Part shown: positions 1 through 11,090 of the stretch, one piece after another | How the letters are laid out: the number at the start of each line of letters is the position of its first letter | Numbering within the stretch: the stretch's first letter is position 1 | Notes under the pieces: model-generated | Databases searched by the model: none | The model's input: the letters and a program-made list of their open reading frames with translations, nothing else | What the model was told of the DNA's origin: nothing | Source: Antechinus flavipes | Lineage: Eukaryota | NCBI RefSeq assembly: GCF_016432865.1 | Contig: NC_067400.1 | Coordinates: 624,278,001 to 624,342,000 of the forward strand | Length of the DNA stretch: 64,000 nt | Reading direction: 5' to 3' | Program-made: the position numbers and the translations under genes

Positions 1-3000
1 AACATATATGAGTTCCTTCTCCAAGTTGCAATCCGACACGTGCTCCAAAATCTTGTTCCTCAGGGGTGTCTCAAGTTTGTAGAGCCATATGGTGAATGTT
101 TTGATTGGCTTGCTCTGCATTTCTGGGGGAGGGCTCGCCTCTGGGGGCAGCTTCCCCATTTTGACCAGCTGCTCCAATTTCACAGTGTTCCTGTTTGGGG
201 GGAGGGGGTCACTGTCTGGCTTCCTCCGGCCCTTCCGCCTCCAGGAAGTGCCTCAAACTGGCAGAGCCAGGAGGGCCCGAATGGGCAGTCTCACCGACAG
301 AAGGAATGGCAGGACGGGCTGGCGCTCGGGATGGGAGGGATGAGGCTGAAGGGGGGGTCAGCTGGTGGGGCTCCTCTCCCCGGCTCCCGGGCCAGACCAC
401 CCCGAGTCCCTCCCCAGCCAGACCATCCAAAGTCCCCCCTTCCCCCAGACCACCCAGAGTCCCCCCCTCCCTGGCCAGACCACCTAGAGTCCTCCCCCCT
501 CCCTGGCCAGATCACCCAGAGTCCCCCCCTCACTGGCCAGACCACCCAGAGCCCCCCCCAGACCACCCAGAGTCCCCCCCTCCCCCCAGACCACCCAGAG
601 TCCCCCCCTCACTGGCCAGACCATCCAGAGTCCTCCCCCACCAGACCACCCAGAACCCCTCCCTCACCCTCCCTCCCCGGCCAGACCACCCAGAGTCCCC
701 CCCAGACCACCCAGAGTCCCCCCCTCCCTGGCCAGACCACCCAGAGCCCCCCCCAGACCACCCAGAGTCCCCCCCTCCCCCCAGACCACCCAGAGTCCCC
801 CCCTCCCTCACTGGCCAGACCATCCAGAGTCCTCCCCCGCCAGACCACCCAGAGTCCCCCCCTCACCCTCCCTCCCCCCCCAGACCACCCAGAGTCCCCC
901 CCTCCCTGGCCAGACCACCCAGAGTCCCCCCCAGACCACCCAGAGTCCCCCCCTCCCCCCAGACCACCCAGAGTCCCGTGGCTCCCTCCCAGAGGCGGGG
1001 TCTCGTTTCCCAGTTCGGGGTCCCGGCCACGCACTGGATGCTGCACTGGCGGATGGTGACGGAGGCGCGGAAGCCCAGCATGCTGAACACCACCTGGGTG
1101 GCCAGCAGGCAGGCGGTCAGGCTGGCGAACACCAGGATGAAGGCGTCCTGGGCGCTGTTGCTGTCCTTGCTCGTGAAGGAGGCCAGGACCACGAGGGTGC
1201 CGAAGCCCAGCCCCAGATTGAAGAACACCTGCATCCCGGCCTCGTGCCACACCCTCGGGGACGCCATGGCCGAAAACTGCGGGGAGGGGGCGGGGAGAGG
1301 GGGGCTGAGGTCTGCGGGGAGGGCACGGGGGGCGGGGAGTCCGGGGCAATGTCTGCCAGGAGGGGGGGCAGGGGCAACCCCAGCTCGGCCCGTACCTCCC
1401 GGAGCCCCAGGCTCCAGAAGCACAGGGGCGGCAGGGTGCCAGCGGCCGAAGCTCCGGGAGCGAGCCCAGTCTCCACAGGGACGCAGGGGAAGGGGAAGCG
1501 GGTCCCCAGAGAGGGAGGCCCAGCCCAGCTGTCCCCGAATGCCTCCCGGAGGGCTTTCCAGGCTGGGGCGGGGGCTCTGTGCGCCCCCGGCCCGGGCTGC
1601 TCACCCTGGTGAACATCAAGTGGCGGAGGCCGTAGACGGAGCCTTCCAGCAGGAAGCTCCGGATGAGGAAGCAGAGCAGGATGACGAAGGGGACGGTCAC
1701 GGAGAAGTAGAGGATCTGGGGGCGGCAGGGGCCCGAGGTCAGCCGGGCCGCGCAGGGCGTCGGAGCTCGCCGCGCTTCGGCCCCAGCCCCTTACCTTCCC
1801 CTGGCACTTCAGGCCCTGAATGGAGAGGAGCGTGACCGCGAGCCAGACCACCAGGATGCACAGGCCGAGGCTGGGGACGAAGCCCTGGCTCTCCTCGATG
1901 CTGCTGGTGATCTCCAGGGTCCGACAGAACCAGAAATAGGCGGCCGGGCTGGTGCAGGCGCAGCCAAGATCTAGGGGGGCAGGAGCGGAGTGAGGGGGGG
2001 GAGGAGGAGGGGGGCAGGAGCGGAGTGAGGGGGGGGAGGGGGCAGGAGCGGAGTGAGGGGGGAGGGGGGCAGGAGCGAAGTGAGGGGGGGGGGGGGAGGG
2101 GGAGGGGGCAGGAGCGGAGTGAGAAGGGGGAGGGGGCAGGAGCGGAGTGAGGGGGGGGAGGGGGAGGGGGCAGGAGCGGAGTGAGAAGGGGGAGGGGGCA
2201 GGAGCGGAGTGAGAAGGGGGAGGGGGCAGGAGCGGAGTGAGAAGGGGGAGGGGGAGGAGGCAGGAGCGGAGTGAGGGGGGGGAGGAGGAGGGGGGCAGGA
2301 GCGGAGTGAGGGGGGGAGGGGGAGGGGGCAGGAGCGGAGTGAGACGCCTCCGGGGAGGTGAGGGCACTCACTGGGCATGCTGCCATTCACTTCCGGGCAC
2401 TGGCTCCAGGGCAGCGGGTACTGGAAGGTGTTGCTGAGGTAGAAGATGCCCCAGGCGATGAACACGTTATAGTAGACAATCGTCAAGAAGCACACCTGGG
2501 GGAGGGGCAGCGGCTCAGCCTCGTGGGCCCCCCCTCGCCCCCTCCCCCACCCGGCCCCGGCTCACCATGCTGCAGGCCAGGCCCACGCCCCACATCTTGG
2601 GGTGGATCTTTGTCCAGACGTTAACGCGAAGGTTCTGCCCCAAAGCCATCTCCAAGAACACCAAAGGGAAGCCCAGGGTGAAAAGCAGCAGCATATAGGG
2701 GAAAAGGAAGGCCCCTGGGGTGGGGAGAGAGCGGCGGCTCGGGCACCCGGCTCTTCCCTTTGGGGCCTTCCCTGCCCAACTCTTGCTCTTCAGGGGCCCA
2801 AGGGCTCTTCCCTCAACCTCCCCCCATCCACCGCCCCAAGGGTCTCTCTCCGGCCCCGCCCCCCAAGGCCCCAAGGGTCTCTCTCCGGCCCCGCCCCCCA
2901 AGGCCCCAAGGGTCTCTCTCCGGCCCCGCCCCCCAAGGCCCCAAGGGTCTCTCTCCGCCCCGCCCCCCAAGGCCCCAAGGTCTCTCTCCGGCCCCGCCCC

Positions 3001-3293
3001 CCAAGGGGCTCTCTCCGGCCCCGTCCCCCAAGGCTCTCTCTCCGGCCCCGCCCCCCAAGGACTCGGTCCCCGGAGACCCTCCCCCGCTGTGCCCCCCGCA
3101 ATGGCCGCGGCCCTGCGTGCCCCCACTCACCGCCTCCGTTCTTGTGGCACAGAGAAGGGAATCTCCAGATGGCGCCCAGTCCCACGCAGCAGCCCACCTG
3201 CGCCATGATGTACTGGACTCGGTTGTTCCAGGTCTCCCTGTTGTCCGTGCCGTCTCCCTCGAGCAGCCCGGAGGTGCCCGGCTCAGACTCCAT
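1..3293 (-). CDS. SLC6A16: SLC6 (NSS family) orphan transporter, SLC6A16/NTT5-like; partial, 3' part lies left of the window
   Basis: Exons (minus): 3293-3131, 2714-2566, 2495-2372, 1970-1795, 1715-1605, 1276-1035, 190-<1; all AG/GT bounded with matching phases (1,0,1,0,0,2). Translation shows NSS motifs: [60 protein letters not shown]. The last exon ([16 protein letters not shown]...[10 protein letters not shown]) resembles the SLC6A16 EL4 segment (NAEILLKLINLGKLPP...VTECNIETQF) as I recall it. Position next to TRPM4 fits. It could be an SLC6A16 paralogue (SLC6A21-like) rather than the 1:1 orthologue. Confidence 0.8.
390..977. repeat. GC-rich minisatellite in SLC6 intron (core CCAGACCACCCAGAGTCCCCCC)
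   Basis: Directly visible tandem units; source of the Pro-rich spurious ORFs at 40-1835. Confidence 0.95.
1977..2343. repeat. G-rich minisatellite, 12 copies of GCAGGAGCGGAGTGAG plus G/A spacers
   Basis: Counted directly; fills most of the intron between SLC6 exons at 2372 and 1970. Confidence 0.95.
2835..3062. repeat. About 35-bp minisatellite (CGGCCCCGCCCCCCAAGGCCCCAAGGGTCTCTCTC)
   Basis: Directly visible tandem units in the first SLC6 coding intron. Confidence 0.9.
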
Positions 3294-5647
3294 CCCACCA
3301 GAAGGGCCTGCAGGGAACACCCAGAGCCCCGAAGGCGGGTCCTCCCGATGCCCACAAAGCCGGGGAGAGCGGCGGAGGACCCCCGGGACCCATCTCCCAC
3401 CAGCTCTAGCCCCTGGGCCATGGAGAGAGCGTCCCCCTCGGTCCCGGCTCCTCTTAGCGGGGAAAAAGCGGAGCCGGGAGGTCCTGCAGCCCCGAAATCG
3501 GCGCCTTCCCCTGTGCCTTTCTGCTCCCTTCAAGCCCTGCAGCCCCAAAGGCTCTCAAAGGGTACTGGGAACCAAGCCCATCTACACCTCCCTCGGGATC
3601 TAGGACTTGGAAAGTAATGAGTTAACCCCAGAACCTGGGGGCCGGAAACACCTCCCGCATAAAGTGAGCCCAGTTCCCCTAGAACTGAAAACCGCTGACC
3701 TAGAACCCAGTCACCCAACAGAGCCCCAGCACGGGCCTAAAATGAAAGCTCCCGGAAACCTCCCCCGCAAGTCTAAGGCCTGCCCCTAGAAGCCAGGGTC
3801 CAGCATCCCCCAATCCCAAGAAAGGGTAGACCTAGAACCCCAAAGCAACCACTCCCCCAGACCTAGAACCAAGGACCTGTGAGGAATTCCAAAGCCCTGA
3901 CCTAGAACCTGAGAGCAGCCCCCCCATTCCCCAGACCACTTCCCGAATCTAGAACCGAGGCTGCTAAGACAGTTCCAAGCCACATCTCGGCCTCTGGCAG
4001 CTGGCGGAGTAAGGGTGGGCGCGGTCTCCGCGGCGGGGACGGCTAATGGCCTCCACTCAGTCCCCAAGGAGGTGGCGGCCGGGACACCTGGGTCCCTGTG
4101 CTGGTCTCTGGCCCGAGGGAATGGCGTGGGTTGGAGACCTCGGGCCCTTGGCGGGCTGTCCAGGATGGGGGAGGGGGGTGGGGGGCGCCTGAAGGTGTGG
4201 GGGGAAGGGGAAAGCCCCCTTTCTCCAACCCCGACCTTCTTGCTCCCTGTACCATCTGACCTGTACCAGGCATCTCTAAGCACTTAGAACTTTTTCTCCC
4301 TTCTCAACTCAACACCCCTCTACAGGCTGTGGGGGCGTGGCCTCTAAGGGAGGACCCTTTTCTGGCTCCCTTCGCCCCTCCGTTCCCCCACGGTCCGGTT
4401 CTGAATCGCCCGGTCCAGGCGTCAGAGTTCCGGAGCCCCTGCACGCAAACTGGACAGGTGCCGGAGCCACGGGGGCTCTTTGGGACGGTGGGACAGACGC
4501 CCCGAGGCAGGCTCGTGGGCACATTCAGTCCCTCTGGGGGCGGACCCTAATGACGGCTCGTGGGTTTGCAAAGGTCTTTGCTGGGTAGCCCGATAATCGC
4601 ATTTCTCCTATAAGACAACAGACTGAGACAGAGCTGAGGACGCGGAGCTGCAGAGCGGGAGGGCCGTGATTCAAACCCACTCAGATACTCCAAGGGGGGC
4701 AGCCCTCCCCCTGGTGCTGAGGGATGGGAAGGGGGCAGGAGAGGAAGGGGAGAGGGAAGCGGGTCATTCCTTGGATTGGCTAGTCATTGATTCAATCGAG
4801 ATTATCGGGCTTTTGGGGATCAAATACATTCCATCTTATACATTATAACGACCCAAACACACACACATATAATTATGTCAACCCTTACATACACGTTTAT
4901 AATGACATGTGGAATCATGTCTAACCATACACACACACACACAATCATCACACTACCCTTAAACATATCTCTGTGCCTTTACACACGTGTAATTCTACAT
5001 CTCCCCTCACACCCTCACACATGTGTTGGAATCTTTACAAACTGCTGACTCATTAGAGTTGATAGATTATTGATCTGATCTTACAAGAAGATGTTTTGGG
5101 CCAGAACCTGAAACAAGGTACTAAGTAGAACTAATTAGTACAATGCTTGTGTTCACACCTTTACTCGGAGTTCACATTTTTGGGAGATTTCAGGGTTTAG
5201 TATGAGATATCCGAATTCACACCTCCCTTGTAGCTCTTAGAGCCAGAGAGCACTATGGGAGAAAACCCATAATCCCGCTCTCTGATATATAAGAAGAAAG
5301 CAGAGGCCCAGTGAAGGGAGTTCAGCTGAATTTAGACTGAGACACATGTTATATATCTGGCTTTACATTTCTATCTGCCCTTGCAGCCCTATCCTGTTTT
5401 GTTCTCTAAAATAGCTTTTAGTGATAGCTTTTGTTTTTTACATTGTCCAGATCCCCCCAACCCCCTCAACCCCCTTTCTCACTCCCCCTCAGAGAGACAT
5501 CCTGTCTGATTCACATTACAATGGGGTCTCGGAGCTCGCTTCCTCCGGATAAACAATTCTCTTGGAAATGATGACTTCTTAGCGTTAGGAGTTATGTCAG
5601 AAATAACCACCCAGAATGCTCTTGGGAATCGTGTGAGGATTAAATGA

Positions 5648-5769
5648 GATCACACAGAGTTTACTATTTAATCCACACGTTTCCTCCTGCTTTGGGTTCT
5701 GCCGGGCCATCGATCACACAGAGTTTAGTATTTAATCCTCGCCGTTTCCTTCTGCTTTGGGTTCTGCCA
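5648..5769. repeat. Two-copy tandem duplication of about 60 bp
   Basis: ATCACACAGAGTTTA.TATTTAATCC...CTGCTTTGGGTTCTGCC occurs twice in tandem. Confidence 0.8.
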
Positions 5770-8700
5770 GGCGATCTTGATGCAGTTTTCCCCAACTTGC
5801 CCTGCTGCTGGCTGGGTCCCCAGGTAATCCTGGGTAAGTTACTTAACTACACTCTCAGCCTCCGTTTCCTCACCGGTGAAATGGAGATCGCGGTAGCCCC
5901 CAGGGTAAATCCCCAAATTATAGCTCAGGGACTAAAATGCTTCCCTCCTCTAGCTACATAATGTAAGCCCAGTTGGTCTGAGAGACAACTTTCCTGGCGG
6001 TGACTCATGGACGTGAGGAGGTCCCCCCCATCGCACACACACAACATGGCAGTGGGCCTGTGTGGCTCATAGGGAGTCTTCTCCCCCCCCAAACCCTCAA
6101 GGGAAACTTTGATTCCTGCCAGGAGAAGCAGGAGGATCAAGCCAAAGCCATTCTGCTCTTAGAGAGAAGGGGCTCTGAGCTTGAATGGTGGCCACCCACT
6201 CCTCTGAAATAGTATTAGTCCAGGGGGACCCCGTCAGGTTCAAGCTAACGTCTACTTGCTATTTCATTACCAGGAGGAAGGAAGACCCCAGGCTTTATAG
6301 CAAAGGCTTAACCCCTTTCCCTCAGATACCATTTCCACACTGAGCAGACATAGGAGGTGGCCAAGAAAGCACAACAGACAGGTAAATAAAGTGGGCCCGG
6401 TGACTCGCCCGGAGTCACACAGCTGGTAACAAGGTCAAACTTGAACTCCGAAAGACTTTCTGGCACTCCCTGAGCCACTCCTGCCCACCAGACGTTCAGC
6501 CGCGGAACAGTGTCATTCATGCACAAGTACAAACGGGAGACGGGACTTTAAAAAAGAAAAACTTCAACTCGATTTCCCGACCCACTAAATAGCAAAATCA
6601 AGTGGAAGACTCTGTCTCTGAGGAGTCACAATAGTTGTGATTTTAACTGATTCTACATTATGGATCCCTTTTCCTCCCAGAGCGTTTCCTCACTTTTCTA
6701 CCTGATCTGACAGGAAAGACCACTCGAATTTCTTGAAGGTCAGTGGTCCCAAATGCCAAACGTGGTTGGGTATCCTTCAGGAGATACCATAGGTAGTCAG
6801 ATTGCCTTCTTCGTACAAGACAAATATGGATTTTTTCTCTCCCCCCCCCCCCATGCCAATAAGAACACTGGAGCAGGCTCCCTTGAAGAAAGCTTTCCTG
6901 TCCCCATCTTCAGCAATCTTACTCCAAATTCTCTCTCGGTACGGGATTTCCTACCATCAGTAGTCAAATGGGTTCCAGGGAAATCTAAGAGTTAAGACAA
7001 ATTAGAGAATTGTGGTTCCCGATTCCAGGAGACCAGATTAGCAGTAAAACCCTCCAGAACAGGATATTTTATCCACCTATCCGCTCCCCCCCAAAATACT
7101 TGAAAAGCCAAGTTAAGGACGGGGGTAGAGAAATATCTGATTAAGGAAAGCATCCCTTTTTACTTTGGAAATGAGATTATACCATCCATCCTAGCTTTCT
7201 ATTATTTGTTACAGTGACGGGTTTGTGCTGTTCCTGCAGTGATATTTGGGCCCTCTCGATGGGGGCTCGCCGTCAGTCGGGAAGCTGCCCTTTTTGTTAT
7301 GGTTCACAAAGGGTTGGAGACTGAAAGCCTGTGAAAGAGCCAAAACTCAGGGAACAAATGATCCTTGCACAGAACCTTTCTAGAACCTGCCTGTGCCAGG
7401 TTAAGGTGCATTTTGGGTCCTTGTGAGGTAACATTTTTTGAATAGAAGGGGAAATTTTCAGAGAAACCTTTGAAGACTTGAATGAACTGAGGCATAGTGA
7501 AGTGAGCCAAACACTATGGAATAATAATAACAATGGAAAGAAAAGTGACTCAGAGAGACTTAGTACTTCTGATCAATGAAATGATCAATTGGGGTTCCAG
7601 AGGACTGATAAGGCAGTGTCCTACCACCATGCCCAGGCAGAGAGAGGATGGATTCTCAAGGGGTAAAATGAAATGGAAATTTCCTGGCTCAGATGATGTG
7701 GGGATTTGTTTTGTTTGACGGTTGATACTTTTAACCAAACTCTGTGTGTGTGTGTTTCCATTGGATGAGGAGTAAAAAGGAAATGTTAAAAACCAAAAGG
7801 AAAGAAAAAGTGCATAATAAATACTTAATAAATGCTTGTTGACTGATTTTTGATCTAGAAGAGAGTCACTGAAGCAATGCTTTTTAAATGCCCAGAAGAG
7901 AAAAGGAAGACCAGAAGGAAACATGAAGAAGGCTAACAGCTTTGAAGGTTACATGTTGAATTTATCATATGCTTCAAGGGAAAATCAAGCGCAATGTCAT
8001 GGAGATTCAAAGTTTTGTGGACTGTCCTGGTGATTTTTTAAAACATCAACTTTAAAATTAACTTTCCTTCGAGATGTGACATGAATCCTGTAACAGGTTG
8101 TCCCTGAGACAATATGAGCACTTTGTTTAGTCTCCTTTTGTTCCCTAGTACAGAGTATAAGCCTGTGTGTGAACTGAATCACAGAAGCTGGGCCGGGAAG
8201 GGATTGTTTTATTAGAGGGACTTCTCTACGTGATATTTGGGCATGGGGTAAATGGATTTTTTCCATGTGGAATAACCTCTCCCTCTCTTTTCCCCCACAC
8301 ACCATGGTCAATCGAGGGAAGCTTAGATTAAGACAAAATTATGCATTCTAGAAGATTTTATTGTCCCAAGAGTCAATGATTTCAAAAAAAACCCCACAAA
8401 AACCAAAAAACAATGGACAGCCGATTTTAATTTCCTTGAGGAAATTAGGAAAAGATTGCTAGAGCTCTGAAGCACAACTACTTAAGGTCCCTGAAAGAAA
8501 ATGGGAGGAAATGGCTACTAACGGCCTTAAAACAAAAATACTAGTGATCTTACAGATCAGAAGCAATCCCATTGTTTCCTCTCTTGTCAAAATACCAATG
8601 AAACATCTGGGAAGGCGTGAGATTTTTTTTTCTACCAGCACACTCTCCTCCCCATCTCAACTCCCCTAAACAACCCACTCCTTGTTACTCAAAATAGAAG

Positions 8701-10059
8701 TGAAGGACCTGAGGAGGTGGGTGATTTTGATCTTCAATTGGGAAAGCTGAGGGAATCTTGCTTCCAGAAAGGCATGATGACATGGAATAGAAAGAAAGAA
8801 GCATCTATTAAGTGCCTATTGTGTGCCAAGAACTCGACACATAGGATTTCATTGGATCCTCACAACACCACATCTATTATTATACCTATTTTACAGTTGA
8901 AAAAAATGAAGACAAATGAAAAAAAAGAGATAAAAAAGAAATACCCATGCTGTTTTTGTTCCCAACAAATAAGGAAGAAATCTTTTGGCTATTGAAAAAC
9001 AAATAAATAAATAAAAGTTGAAAAACGTTGTTAAGTAGTCATAATTTCGTGTTGTCCCCAAGGAAACAAATCTTGTTAAAAGTCTCTATAGGTATCACAT
9101 TGCCCTGATTTTGAGAGGAGATTTTCATGCGTACAGCATGAGAATAATGACTAAGTCACTTGGGGAAGCTCAAACTCCCCTTTGCCTTCCTGTCTGAGAA
9201 TTGTCAGTTTTCTCTTCACTTTATCGTTCCGTGAGTCAGTGAGACCCTATGTTAACATTAATACAAGACAGTCCACCGAGTATCTATTAGAAAAGACATA
9301 AATAAATGGGGTGAGAGACTCCCATCGCAGTTCCTATCTGCTTTGTTACTTTTGACCAAGGCGATAACCGTTGTACCTCCGATGAGGGAGAATATGTTTG
9401 AACCTTCTCTTCTTCCTAAATCACATCAGGAAATACCCTTTTGTTAAAACAGACTGATGAGATGAAACCGGGGCCCTCACCGTCTCTTATGGGTAACATC
9501 GGGGAGGGCAGAGTATCTCTAGAACCCTGGTCCGTGAGTGGGATCTGCTAGGGCGCAGGTCGACGGGGAGACTCGGGGAGCCCCACAGACACCTTGGCTC
9601 CCACAACGACATCTCTTACCTGCTTCTGATGTTCTGGAAGGAGAAGCGTCTCGACTCCAGCAGAAGGCCCCAGGGGTTTTCACCAGGCACAAGGTCATCT
9701 CTGGATTCTGCAGAGACTCTGTCTGAACCTCTTTCCCTTTGTGAGATCAGAACCTGAGTGGAATGCGCCACGATCCTGATGACCTAGGAAAAGCTGTGTT
9801 ATGTCATGCAATGGATCCTGGGGGAAAAAGGCGAACCATTCTGTGGAAACCAGGGGACCCCCCGCCAGCGGGTTTGGGAGAAGAGGTGGAGAGAAAAATG
9901 GCCCTGAGAAGGAGAAAGAAGGGAGGCTTGTTCTGTTAAACCTTTCAGCCATGAAACTCCTCCAAGCTTCCTTAATGGAACTAGAGTTCAAGTTGAGTAT
10001 TTATTTAATCCACGCTTTTCATTCTTTGCTTCTGACTTGGCCAATGACAAGAAAATGGT

Positions 10060-11090
10060 ACCTGATAATAATTGTAGCTGATATTTATGTAGCGTTGATT
10101 ATGTGCCAGGCACTGTGCTGAGGACTTTAACAAGAAGATAGCTAACATTGATATTTATATAGTACCTACTATGTTCCAGGCAGTGCGCTAAGAATTGTTA
10201 ACATTAATACAAGACAGTCCACCGAATATCTATTAGAAACGACATAAATAAATGGGGTGAGAGACTCCCATCGCAGTTCCTATCTGCTTTGTTACTTTTG
10301 ACCAAGGCGATAACCATTGTGCCCCCCGCACAATATAATATAATAATAATATTATTATTATTAATAATAATAATAGCTAACCTTTACATAGCACCCACTA
10401 TGTGCCAGGCACTATACTAACAACTTTAACAACAACAAAAACAACATTGGCTAAGTTTACATTTATTTAGCACCTCTTATGTTCCAGGCAATGTGCTAAG
10501 AATTATAATAATAATAATAATAGCTAACATTTATATAGCACCTACTATGTGCCAGGGAGTGTGCTAAGAACTGTAGTAGTGATAATAACAGCTAACATTT
10601 ATATAGGACCTACTGTGTGCCAGGCAGTGTGCTAAGAACTGTAGTAGTAATGATAATAATAATAGCTAACATTTATATAGCACCTATTATGTGCCAGGCA
10701 ATAATAGCTAACCTTTATATAGCACCTACTATGTGCCAGGCACTATGCTAACAACTTTAACAACAAAAACAACATTGGCTAAGTTTACATTTATTTAGCA
10801 CCTCTTATGTTCCAGGCAATGTGCTAAGAATTCTAATAATAATAATAATAGCCAACATTTACAGAGTGACTATTATGTCCCAGCACTGCGTTTTACTCAC
10901 TTTACAATTACTGTCTCATTTGATCCTCACAACAACTCTGGAGAGGGAGGTGCTATTATTATTCCCATTTTACAGATGAGGAAACAGAGAGTGAAGTGAT
11001 TTGCTCAGTCAGCTAATAACTGACATTTGAACTTAGGTCCTCCTGCCGGCAGGCCCAGTGTCCTAGTTATTGGGCCATCTAGTTGTCCAC
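10060..11090 (-). mobile_element. MIR/MAR1-type SINE (about 10860-11090) preceded by a tandem array of its amplified 3' tail
   Basis: Core ATTCCCATTTTACAGATGAGGAAAC and TGATCCTCACAACAAC; repeated units of TAGCTAACATTTATATAGCACCTACTATGTGCCAGGCA.TGTGCTAAG from 10060 to 10860. Confidence 0.8.

Noticed and set aside
40-2495. Long Pro/Gly-rich ORFs (339-546 aa)
   Set aside because: They are read-throughs of GC-rich minisatellites or antisense frames of SLC6 exons.
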